A stretch of DNA of 64,000 nt. It comes from Alphaproteobacteria bacterium CG1_02_46_17 (GTDB lineage Bacteria; Pseudomonadota; Alphaproteobacteria; Micavibrionales; Micavibrionaceae). Below the pieces are notes generated by a model. It was not told the DNA's origin and ran no database searches. It saw only the letters and a program-made list of their open reading frames with translations. Where the stretch lies: the NCBI GenBank assembly GCA_001871905.1, contig MNUG01000019.1:40752-104751 (forward strand), read 5' to 3'. Positions 41,926-49,801 of this stretch are shown here, piece by piece. The translations under genes were made by a program, and so were the position numbers. Within the stretch, counting starts at the first letter, position 1, and every line of letters begins with the position of its first letter.

Positions 41926-42861
41926 ATGAGCGAACAGAATAAAAAAACAAAGCCTATTGCCAGTATGTTTGATGAATTGGCAAAACCATTTGTTGATGAT
42001 GATACAAAGACTCTGTCATTTCCTTTGATGTCCAGTTCGGAAGTCTTCTATGGAGATAGGGAGCCTTCTGTTGCGCGGAAGGCTCTTCTGGTCTCGATTT
42101 GCGAAAGTTATGCGGGGTTGATTAATGGTAACCCACGCGCCAAGCTTGTTGAAGATCCGCTGGAAGAAGGAAGAATTTTTCTTGAAGTTGATTTTTCCGG
42201 ATATGAACCGGAGTTCTGGACGGCCTATAACGATTCCCTGTCCTTTATTGTTCAAGGAATTCGGGAATATCTTTTTGAGGCAGAGGGGCATGAAGCTGCG
42301 GTGGAAGCAAATTTTGTCCAGCCGCTTTATAGTTTTGTGAGGGACTCCGCAGAGTTTTTGGTCGGTGATCCCGATCCGTTTGCTGCACTTTTTGAAGGGG
42401 AAAACGAGATTTTTGGCCTCGATTTCCATGCTTTTGCTGAATTGAAAGATTCTGAAGAACAGCATAGTCGATATGAATTGTCTTTGTTGGGGGACAACAC
42501 GCCGTACCCATCTTTGCTTCAACATCTTGATGACCCAGTTTTGATGGCGGTTTCCCACCTGTCTTTTATGTTGCATCAGGTTACAGAATATAAGAATCAC
42601 CTTAACAGTACGATTGGCGTTGATGAAGAATTTCTGGCAATGACACCTGTTATTTTTTCGGCGCGGGAATGGCTGTCAGTAGATGCTTACCCATATGTCA
42701 TAGGCCGGTTTGATGAACGAATGGAGCAGCAAGCAGGGCAACTAGCAGAGCAGAGTAACTTTGCGTCTGAAACGGATATGTTAAGTGGGGTGCGGATTGA
42801 CGGTAAGTCTGTGTTGGAGCTTTTGGCTAAGATTGCTTATAATAACCCATTGAATCCATAG
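41926..42861 (+). CDS. acidic hypothetical protein (large paralog 2)
   Basis: 311 aa, Asp/Glu-rich. It shares blocks with the previous ORF (FP[VL][LM]; E-FW-x-Y-x-D-x-L; [ND]PF-x-A-x-FE-x-E; [VL]MA...F...EY). Confidence 0.6.
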   Translation: MSEQNKKTKPIASMFDELAKPFVDDDTKTLSFPLMSSSEVFYGDREPSVARKALLVSICESYAGLINGNPRAKLVEDPLEEGRIFLEVDFSGYEPEFWTAYNDSLSFIVQGIREYLFEAEGHEAAVEANFVQPLYSFVRDSAEFLVGDPDPFAALFEGENEIFGLDFHAFAELKDSEEQHSRYELSLLGDNTPYPSLLQHLDDPVLMAVSHLSFMLHQVTEYKNHLNSTIGVDEEFLAMTPVIFSAREWLSVDAYPYVIGRFDERMEQQAGQLAEQSNFASETDMLSGVRIDGKSVLELLAKIAYNNPLNP

Positions 42862-42956
42862 TAATAAGTTTGGAGATTGTGATGGTTTCTGGTTATGGCG
42901 GAATGTAGTTAATTTATTTTGATTTTTTAAGGTGGAAGGCCTAGATATAAGGGATC

Positions 42957-43910
42957 ATGACCTATAACCCAGATTTATTGGATAAGGCCAAGCGCCATCC
43001 TGAAAAGCAAAAGAATCCTGACCGTCCGATGGGACAAAAACCCGAATGGATCCGTGTCCGTGCGCCTCAGGGGCCGGGATATGGCGAAACGCACGCCATT
43101 GTTAAAAATTTCAAGTTGACGACCGTTTGTGAAGAGGCCGGATGCCCCAATATCGGGGAGTGCTGGAACAAAAAACATGCAACGTTCATGATTATGGGCG
43201 AAGTCTGCACCCGCGCTTGCGCGTTTTGCAATGTTGCGACTGGTAAGCCTGATGAGCTTGATAAGATGGAACCTTTGCGTATTGGCGTTGCAGTTGAGAA
43301 GATGGGGTTAAAACATGTTGTGATTACTTCGGTGGACAGGGATGATCTGGCAGATGGTGGCGCCGAGCATTTCGTTAAAACGATTGAGGCCATCCGCTTC
43401 AAAGCACCTGAAACCACGATTGAAATCCTTACTCCTGACTTTAAGAAAAAGACTGGAGCTGTTGATATTGTTGCGAAATCTGGCCCTGATGTCTTTAACC
43501 ACAATTTGGAAACTATTCCGCGTTTATACCCGACTGTACGTCCGGGAGCCCGTTATTATACGTCCCTGAGGCTTTTGGATCGGGTTAAGGAAGTCGATTC
43601 TGAAATCTATACCAAATCGGGATTGATGGTGGGTTTGGGCGAATCAATCGAAGAAGTCGGGCAGGTTCTGGATGATTTAAGAGCTGCTGGCGTTGATTTT
43701 CTTACTGTGGGGCAATATCTGCAACCCACACCCAAGCATGCACCTGTTGATCGTTTTTGGACGCCCGAAGAGTTTGCCACCCTTGAGAAAATGGCGAGAG
43801 CCAAGGGATTCCTTATGGTTTCGTCGTCTCCGTTGACACGTTCCAGCCACCATGCGGGGGATGATTTTGAGAAGCTCAAGGCGGCCAGAGCCGCCAAACA
43901 GGCAATTTAA
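42957..43910 (+). CDS. lipA: lipoyl synthase
   Basis: 317 aa with the auxiliary cluster [12 protein letters not shown] and the radical-SAM motif CTRACAFC. Confidence 0.97.
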   Translation: MTYNPDLLDKAKRHPEKQKNPDRPMGQKPEWIRVRAPQGPGYGETHAIVKNFKLTTVCEEAGCPNIGECWNKKHATFMIMGEVCTRACAFCNVATGKPDELDKMEPLRIGVAVEKMGLKHVVITSVDRDDLADGGAEHFVKTIEAIRFKAPETTIEILTPDFKKKTGAVDIVAKSGPDVFNHNLETIPRLYPTVRPGARYYTSLRLLDRVKEVDSEIYTKSGLMVGLGESIEEVGQVLDDLRAAGVDFLTVGQYLQPTPKHAPVDRFWTPEEFATLEKMARAKGFLMVSSSPLTRSSHHAGDDFEKLKAARAAKQAI

Positions 43911-43975
43911 CTATATTCATATTCCATAATTCAATAATTTCTTGATATTTTTTCGTTAGGATATTATATGTCCTC

Positions 43976-45349
43976 ATGCCTTCTTTTAAGAAAAAGATAT
44001 CTAGACGCTTGTTGCCCCCTTTCAAGGCCATTGTAGGGGTCGGAGGGGCTGCATTCGGTGTCCCCAAAGGTCGTCAGGATTCTTTGATAATCCGTTTTAT
44101 GTCCGCAACTGGGCAACTAAAAGATTTTGCCGCACGTAAGGATTGGTGGTTGCGTAACGGCTCTATGGAATTGGCGAAGGGAAATATAGATCCTCTTCAT
44201 TTTTCCTTGATGACGTCCGCGATGTGTTCACGCCATGAAGATTCCAATTTTAACCGCGCAGATTACCTGTTCAGGGTTGTTAAACTTTATAATGCAGAAA
44301 ATATTATTGATATCTGTAATGCTGAGTCGGCTCATCAGGGAAGTGAAGAACGAAAAAGAATTGTGGATGCTTCTCGGCATGGAGGCCTTGAGGCTGCCAA
44401 AATTGATTGTCTGATCAGGGATATAGAATTTGGTACCAGAGGTAAGCTGACAGCCGAAGAGATTCATGATCGCTTCAAAATATACAAGAAATATGATCGT
44501 CTTCGAGGTGAAAGAGGTACACGCACAGAGTTAAGTGCAGATGGGAAGCAAGTTCAAAAGACATATTCTGCTTTCCCTAAAAAGGTTTTGTTCCCTTTGC
44601 TGGAAGTTCTTTTTCAACAAGGAAAGATTACCGATGAGCAGGTCAGTCTGATTAACTGTATCAATTACCATTCGCGTGAGCATCGGAGAAACTCGAAAGA
44701 AAGCTACATCCGTCACCCTATGGCGGTGGCTGGTTTGGTCATTGATTTTGCGACTATGTTTGGTTTTTCTGAAGAAGAGGTTTTGCTGGCGGTTAAAGCG
44801 GCCCTCAACCATGATATTGGTGAAAAATCCAATTTTGTAATGAAGGATGATCTGCCTAAAATTGTGCGCGATGATTTGCGTCAGTTGGTTGGACGTCTTC
44901 ATAAAGAGGACTCAGAAGACTATTTCGATGATTACATTGATGGCAAGTGTGGACATAACCGTTTGGCAGCTTTAGTGAAATTATGTGATATTTATCATAA
45001 CTCATCCGATGTGGATGCGGAGCGCCCTAGTTTTAAGCAAGCCTACGTTTATCCGATTGTTGCCAATTTTCTTCTTTATAAGATTTGTAACCCTAAATCT
45101 GCCATGGGGATCGATGACTTTGTTGCGTTGCGGGGGATCTGTTCCAGAAAAGATTTCCTAAAAATCAAAGAGCAGTCAAAAGAAGATCATAAAGTTGCAG
45201 TTTCTACTTTTGCTGCTACAATCCCACAATTGAACAATATCATTCCCGTTCAAAATATATTTGACGAGACCCCGCGAAGAGTAACACTTGATTATGCCCA
45301 CCTACTCAGAAAAGAAGACTCTCCCCTACAGTGCAGACCAGATGTTTGA
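43976..45349 (+). CDS. hypothetical protein with degenerate RelA/SpoT-type HD (ppGpp-hydrolase-like) domain
   Basis: 457 aa. Residues about 235-345 align by eye to the SpoT/Mesh1 hydrolase core: YIRHPMAVAG, AALNHDIGEK (canonical LHDxxED) and LVKLCDIYHN (canonical KLADRLHN). The N-terminal 230 aa are unassigned. No Shine-Dalgarno precedes the start, and the 3' end overlaps ratA by 62 nt. Confidence 0.6.
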   Translation: MPSFKKKISRRLLPPFKAIVGVGGAAFGVPKGRQDSLIIRFMSATGQLKDFAARKDWWLRNGSMELAKGNIDPLHFSLMTSAMCSRHEDSNFNRADYLFRVVKLYNAENIIDICNAESAHQGSEERKRIVDASRHGGLEAAKIDCLIRDIEFGTRGKLTAEEIHDRFKIYKKYDRLRGERGTRTELSADGKQVQKTYSAFPKKVLFPLLEVLFQQGKITDEQVSLINCINYHSREHRRNSKESYIRHPMAVAGLVIDFATMFGFSEEEVLLAVKAALNHDIGEKSNFVMKDDLPKIVRDDLRQLVGRLHKEDSEDYFDDYIDGKCGHNRLAALVKLCDIYHNSSDVDAERPSFKQAYVYPIVANFLLYKICNPKSAMGIDDFVALRGICSRKDFLKIKEQSKEDHKVAVSTFAATIPQLNNIIPVQNIFDETPRRVTLDYAHLLRKEDSPLQCRPDV

Positions 45350-45752
45350 TCTGGTTATTGATATTGAAAAATATCCAGAATTTCTTCCATGGTGCATTGA
45401 CTGCCGGATTATCAATAAAAAGGATGGCTGGATTTATGCCAATCTTGTGATTGGGTATAAATTGTTCCGTGAATGGTTTCTTTCAAAAATCCATATTAAT
45501 GATGACAGGAGCATTAGCGTCGAGTATGTCAACGGGCCTTTGCGCTATCTGTCAAATACATGGAAATTTATTCCTCATGAAGATGGAACTTGCACAATTG
45601 ATTTCTATGTTGATTTTGAATTTAAAAGCGTTGTGTTCGAGAAGTTGATGGGAGTCTTCTTTAGTGAAATTGTAAAGCGTATGGTTTCTGCTTTTGTAAA
45701 GAGAGCTGAAGATTTGTATGGTATGCCAAGTATAATAGGAGAAAAAGCATGA
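45288..45752 (+). CDS. ratA: SRPBCC-fold RatA / COQ10-like protein
   Basis: 154 aa. LPYSADQMFDLVIDIEKYPEFLPWC is the hallmark N-terminus of the RatA (YfjG) / polyketide-cyclase-like family, which commonly follows lipA in alphaproteobacteria. Confidence 0.85.
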   Translation: MIMPTYSEKKTLPYSADQMFDLVIDIEKYPEFLPWCIDCRIINKKDGWIYANLVIGYKLFREWFLSKIHINDDRSISVEYVNGPLRYLSNTWKFIPHEDGTCTIDFYVDFEFKSVVFEKLMGVFFSEIVKRMVSAFVKRAEDLYGMPSIIGEKA

Positions 45753-46507
45753 GAAAGATTCTATCGATATTCTGCGTTAGTTGTGTAGCATTAATGCCAT
45801 TTGCTTCGTTTGCACAAGAGATGGGGGGGCCTGTTCTTGAAAAGGGGCAAACGCTCGTGACGCTTTCTGCAAACGACCAGAAGGAAGTAGAACAGGATGA
45901 ATTGAATGCAAGTTTGCGTATCGAGGTCGAGGATAAGGATGCACGGGTGGTGCAAGATAAGATTAACAAGGCGATGAGGTCTGCTGTTGATCTGGCCAAA
46001 AAGAATGACAAAGTCACGGTAACAACCGGACAATACTATGTGTATTCTTATGATCCTAACCCTGAGCCTAAAATAGTTTCAATGGGTGGAAAAAAAATAA
46101 TGCAATGGCGTGGTAGCCAGACCATTGATTTGAAGTCAAAAGATTCTCAAGCCGTTCTTGATCTTGTGGCGTCAATTCAAGGTCAGGGGTTTGTGATGAA
46201 TGGTTTGAATTATAGCTTATCAGAAGACGTGGCCGAAGATTACCAAGATAGTTTGTTGCAAGGTGCGTTAAAGAAAATTCAGGACAAGGCTGCGTTGGTG
46301 ACCAAATCTTTGGGAAAATCCGGATTTGATATTATCGAGGTGAATGTCAATGGTTCCTATATGCCGTCGCCCATGCCAATGGTGCGGGGTATGGCCAAAA
46401 TGGAAATGATGTCTGCCGCATCCGATGATATGTCCACGCCTGTTGCCGAGCCGGGTAAATCTACGGTTTCTATGTCGGTCAGTGCGCGCGTTATCTTAAA
46501 GCCATAG
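45749..46507 (+). CDS. SIMPL-domain (DUF541, YggE-like) periplasmic protein
   Basis: 252 aa with a signal peptide (ALMPFASFA/QE) and a two-lobed alpha/beta pattern. The C-terminal GKSTVSMSVSARVILK is typical of DUF541. Its start overlaps the ratA stop as ATGA. Confidence 0.7.
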   Translation: MRKILSIFCVSCVALMPFASFAQEMGGPVLEKGQTLVTLSANDQKEVEQDELNASLRIEVEDKDARVVQDKINKAMRSAVDLAKKNDKVTVTTGQYYVYSYDPNPEPKIVSMGGKKIMQWRGSQTIDLKSKDSQAVLDLVASIQGQGFVMNGLNYSLSEDVAEDYQDSLLQGALKKIQDKAALVTKSLGKSGFDIIEVNVNGSYMPSPMPMVRGMAKMEMMSAASDDMSTPVAEPGKSTVSMSVSARVILKP

Positions 46508-47498
46508 ATATATTCTTCTGATTTTCTTTCTCAGGATATTGGCTGGCGTCCCATAGTGGACGCCAGTTGTAATATGGGGGTAAGAGGCTTTCATATTGCA
46601 GATGAACCGCGCAAGGTTTTAAGGGGCTGAATCCTGGATATAGGTCAAAGAGGCGGTTGGTTGTTCTGGCTTCCGATCCTAATCGCCGTTTCTTTTTAAT
46701 GCCTACAAATTTCGTGTTTTCAAAACAATCCCAGTTATCTTTGACAATCTGTGAATGGGTTAGAAAGGTGTGTGTGGCGTGCCGCATGGTGCGCCAATGG
46801 CCATCAGGTTCAGCAAGAATATAGGATGGGTAGTGATTGCTGTAGAGAATGCCATGTTCTTGCGGGTATATCACCAGATGGCTGTTTATACCCAATGCGG
46901 TTCTCTTGTAAAAATCCAGCATTCTCTCAATGGCATCAGGCTCATGAAGATAATCATCTTCAACACAATAGACCAGTCCGGGTTCGGATTTGCACATTTC
47001 AAATTGTTGGTGGAGAGATGATCCTTGCCCAGTTATTTGGGTGGTTTGAAACTCTGCAGGGTACAAACATTTATTCAAAAGGTCCTGTAGGGTCTGTTTT
47101 GTGGTGTCTGAGGATCTGTCGTCCAGAACAACTAGGCGGATCTTGATCTCAGGTCTTTCTATTTTTGCATTGTTGAGGCTTTTGATTAATGACCATGAGC
47201 ACCGTAATACATTTTCCAAATCATCTGCACCGGATAGACGTGGAGTTTTGTTGGTATTGCGGTTGTCTCTGACACAAGTTCTTAAGAATACAGTCAAATG
47301 ATCGAGAGAGGCAGGATCAATCTGCTGATTTTTGAGAGGAAAAAGTTGGCAGGATTTTCTGCTGTTGGTGATATTTTCTGATTGTTCTGGTTCTTTTTCC
47401 AACTGTGGAATGCGCATGAAGTTCATGCCTTGGTAGGGGCGCAAGTGGTAACCGAATGGGATTAGGGATTTCGAAATGAATTTCAGAATATCGTTCAT
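46491..47498 (-). CDS. glycosyltransferase family 2-like protein
   Basis: 335 aa with LVVLDDRSSD and VEDDY (DxD-like) motifs in a GT-A arrangement. Its 3' end overlaps the convergent SIMPL gene by 17 nt. Confidence 0.55.
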   Translation of the reverse strand: MNDILKFISKSLIPFGYHLRPYQGMNFMRIPQLEKEPEQSENITNSRKSCQLFPLKNQQIDPASLDHLTVFLRTCVRDNRNTNKTPRLSGADDLENVLRCSWSLIKSLNNAKIERPEIKIRLVVLDDRSSDTTKQTLQDLLNKCLYPAEFQTTQITGQGSSLHQQFEMCKSEPGLVYCVEDDYLHEPDAIERMLDFYKRTALGINSHLVIYPQEHGILYSNHYPSYILAEPDGHWRTMRHATHTFLTHSQIVKDNWDCFENTKFVGIKKKRRLGSEARTTNRLFDLYPGFSPLKPCAVHLQYESLLPPYYNWRPLWDASQYPEKENQKNISMALR

Positions 47499-47513
47499 GA
47501 GTTTGCTTTATTC

Positions 47514-47996
47514 CTACTCGCCGATTTTGCCCAGAACAGTTTCAAGGGCTGTTTTTGCTGTTACAAAGCGAATGGCTTGGCGGTCGCCATGGAACAGATG
47601 TTTGGTGGCAATCGATTCACCGTCGCGGCGTGCGAATCCGATATAGACCAACCCTACGGGTTTTTCATCGGTTCCACCGCTTGGGCCTGCGATTCCTGTT
47701 ACGGATATCGCAAGATCGGCTTGAGATCTTTCTAGGGCTCCCCTTGCCATTTCTGTGGCTGTTTCTTGGCTAACTGCGCCGAATTTATCGAGGGTGAGAG
47801 GGGATACGCCCAGCATGTCTGATTTAGATTGGTTGGAATAAGTAACAAAGCCACGATCCAGAACGTCTGATGATCCTGCGAGGTCGGTGATAAGAGACGA
47901 GATTAATCCGCCTGTGCAAGATTCCGCTGTCACGAGTTTTAGTGTTTTTGTTCTTAGAACATCGCTGAGAGTTCTAACCAGATCAGATAAGTCCAT
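47514..47996 (-). CDS. pncC: CinA C-terminal domain protein / nicotinamide-nucleotide amidase
   Basis: 160 aa with TAESCTGGLISSLITDLAGSS and GIAGPSGG motifs. Confidence 0.85.
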   Translation of the reverse strand: MDLSDLVRTLSDVLRTKTLKLVTAESCTGGLISSLITDLAGSSDVLDRGFVTYSNQSKSDMLGVSPLTLDKFGAVSQETATEMARGALERSQADLAISVTGIAGPSGGTDEKPVGLVYIGFARRDGESIATKHLFHGDRQAIRFVTAKTALETVLGKIGE

Positions 47997-48525
47997 AACC
48001 GTATATCCCCCATAATATGAGCAAAGTATATAGCCCTGCCATCAAGTCGTCCACGATTACTCCGGTGGCTCCGCCAATTTGTTTGTCGAGCCAGTTGATA
48101 GGCCACGGTTTTACGGCATCGAATATTCTAAATAGAATAAATCCCAGCACAGAAAACAGAGGGGTAAATGTAGGCAGGAGCGAAAGAACAAACAATATGG
48201 CAATAACTTCATCGATGACTATAAAAGAGCTGTCATGTTCTTGAAACCGACTCTCGATTTTCCGGATAGCAAAATATCCGACAAGGGTCAGCGCAATCGC
48301 CATCAAAAAAGTAATGACTGGAGTTGTGGCGGCCATTAACAGGCATCCGAAAACGAATCCTCCTACAGTTCCCCATGTCCCGGGGGCTGGAATAATCAGA
48401 CCAGAGCCAAACCATGTTGCAATTTGGAATTCGATAGAGGTGGGGCGTGTCCCCTTGATGAAGTGACGTCTTTGCTCGCTCTTTTCAGAAATTTTTTGCT
48501 TCAACTTTTCTTTGAGTGTACTCAT
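47983..48525 (-). CDS. pgpA: phosphatidylglycerophosphatase A
   Basis: 180 aa with FGSGLIIPAPGTWGT, IDEV and FRIFD-x-KPWPI motifs. Confidence 0.85.
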   Translation of the reverse strand: MSTLKEKLKQKISEKSEQRRHFIKGTRPTSIEFQIATWFGSGLIIPAPGTWGTVGGFVFGCLLMAATTPVITFLMAIALTLVGYFAIRKIESRFQEHDSSFIVIDEVIAILFVLSLLPTFTPLFSVLGFILFRIFDAVKPWPINWLDKQIGGATGVIVDDLMAGLYTLLILWGIYGYGLI

Positions 48526-48540
48526 TCGGAAATCTCTGTC

Positions 48541-49749
48541 CTATTTGGTTTCTGTTTCGGGGATTGAGATAGTTGCTATTGATTGAGCGGCAATCCCTTC
48601 GCGGCGTCCAGTAAAACCCAACTGTTCGGTTGTCGTGGCTTTGATTGAAATGCGAGAAACAGGGAGGTTGAGAATCTCGGCAATCCTGTTTCTCATCGCT
48701 TCACGGTGTGGGCCAATTTTGGGTGCTTCGCAGATGATGGTGGTATCAATATGGTTGATGATGCCACCTTTTGCGGTAATGGCTTTTTGGGCCTCTTGTA
48801 AAAAATAGGAACTGTCTTTTCCCTTGTTGGCAGGATCATGGGGCGGGAAGTGGCTGCCAATGTCGCCATCCGCAATTGTTCCAAACAGAGCGTCAGTGAT
48901 GGCATGTAAAACAACATCGGCATCTGAATGTCCTTCGGCGCGGTGGGTATGGGGAACATCCAGTCCACCAATGCGGATGGAAGGAGCAGGATCACCAAAG
49001 GCGTGGACGTCAAATCCGCTTCCTGTTTTGATGATGTGGTTTTGTTGTTCTGAGTATGATTTTGAAAGAATATATTCTGCCATGTCTAGATCTTCTGCCG
49101 TGGTGATTTTTATATTGTCCTTGCTTGATAAAATAGTCAGGACTTTGATGTTATCTGCCGCAACAATTGCTGTGTCGTCGGTAAAATTTTCGTGCCTATG
49201 TTTTTCGTGGGAGGATTTCAGAATACCAAAGTGAAACCCTTGCGGCGTTTGCATGGACAAGAGCTGATCACGATCCAGTGTCTCTCCAAGATAAAGATTA
49301 TCTTGTTTCAGGCGAATGGTTTCAGTGATGGGGGCTGCGAGTGTGGCGGCTTGATGTGTGGCAAAGGCGGAGACCAGTTCGCAAATTTTATCGTGGGATG
49401 TGCAGGGACGCGCCGCATCATGCACTAATATTATATCGTGGTCTTCCAGTGGAAGGGATTGTAGGGCGTTAAATACTGATTCTTGTCGGGTAGCTCCGCC
49501 ATATATGGGGGGGAGTATATCCAGACCTTTTGTTACTTTGTCGTATAAGGGGAGATGGTCAGGGTTAATGACCACCTGAATATTCCGGATTTCTGTGCAT
49601 CCTAAGAAATTCTCGATTGTATGGCGCAGCACGGTTTTTCCGTGCAGGGGAAGGAATTGCTTGGGAATATCCGAGTTCATCCGCGTGCCGGTTCCTGCGG
49701 CTACGATAATCACTGAAAATTCCCTGTTTTTTGTGTCAATAACGCTCAT
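48541..49749 (-). CDS. ispDF: bifunctional IspD/IspF (MEP cytidylyltransferase / MEcPP synthase)
   Basis: 402 aa. The N-terminal IspD half carries VAAGTGTRM, and the C-terminal IspF half carries GFDVHAF, GHSDADV and ATTTE. Confidence 0.95.
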   Translation of the reverse strand: MSVIDTKNREFSVIIVAAGTGTRMNSDIPKQFLPLHGKTVLRHTIENFLGCTEIRNIQVVINPDHLPLYDKVTKGLDILPPIYGGATRQESVFNALQSLPLEDHDIILVHDAARPCTSHDKICELVSAFATHQAATLAAPITETIRLKQDNLYLGETLDRDQLLSMQTPQGFHFGILKSSHEKHRHENFTDDTAIVAADNIKVLTILSSKDNIKITTAEDLDMAEYILSKSYSEQQNHIIKTGSGFDVHAFGDPAPSIRIGGLDVPHTHRAEGHSDADVVLHAITDALFGTIADGDIGSHFPPHDPANKGKDSSYFLQEAQKAITAKGGIINHIDTTIICEAPKIGPHREAMRNRIAEILNLPVSRISIKATTTEQLGFTGRREGIAAQSIATISIPETETK

Positions 49750-49801
49750 AACAGTATAGTTTAGCTTGCTTTTTTATCCGTGAACAGGGATATTTCGCCT
49801 T

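Noticed and set aside
43942-43970. Sigma-70 promoter (TTGATA ... TATTAT/TTATAT) directly upstream of the HD-domain gene, implying a leaderless mRNA
   Set aside because: The spacer is 14-16 nt depending on which -10 hexamer is chosen, and neither hexamer is a good match. I mention it under the HD-domain finding but do not call it as a feature.
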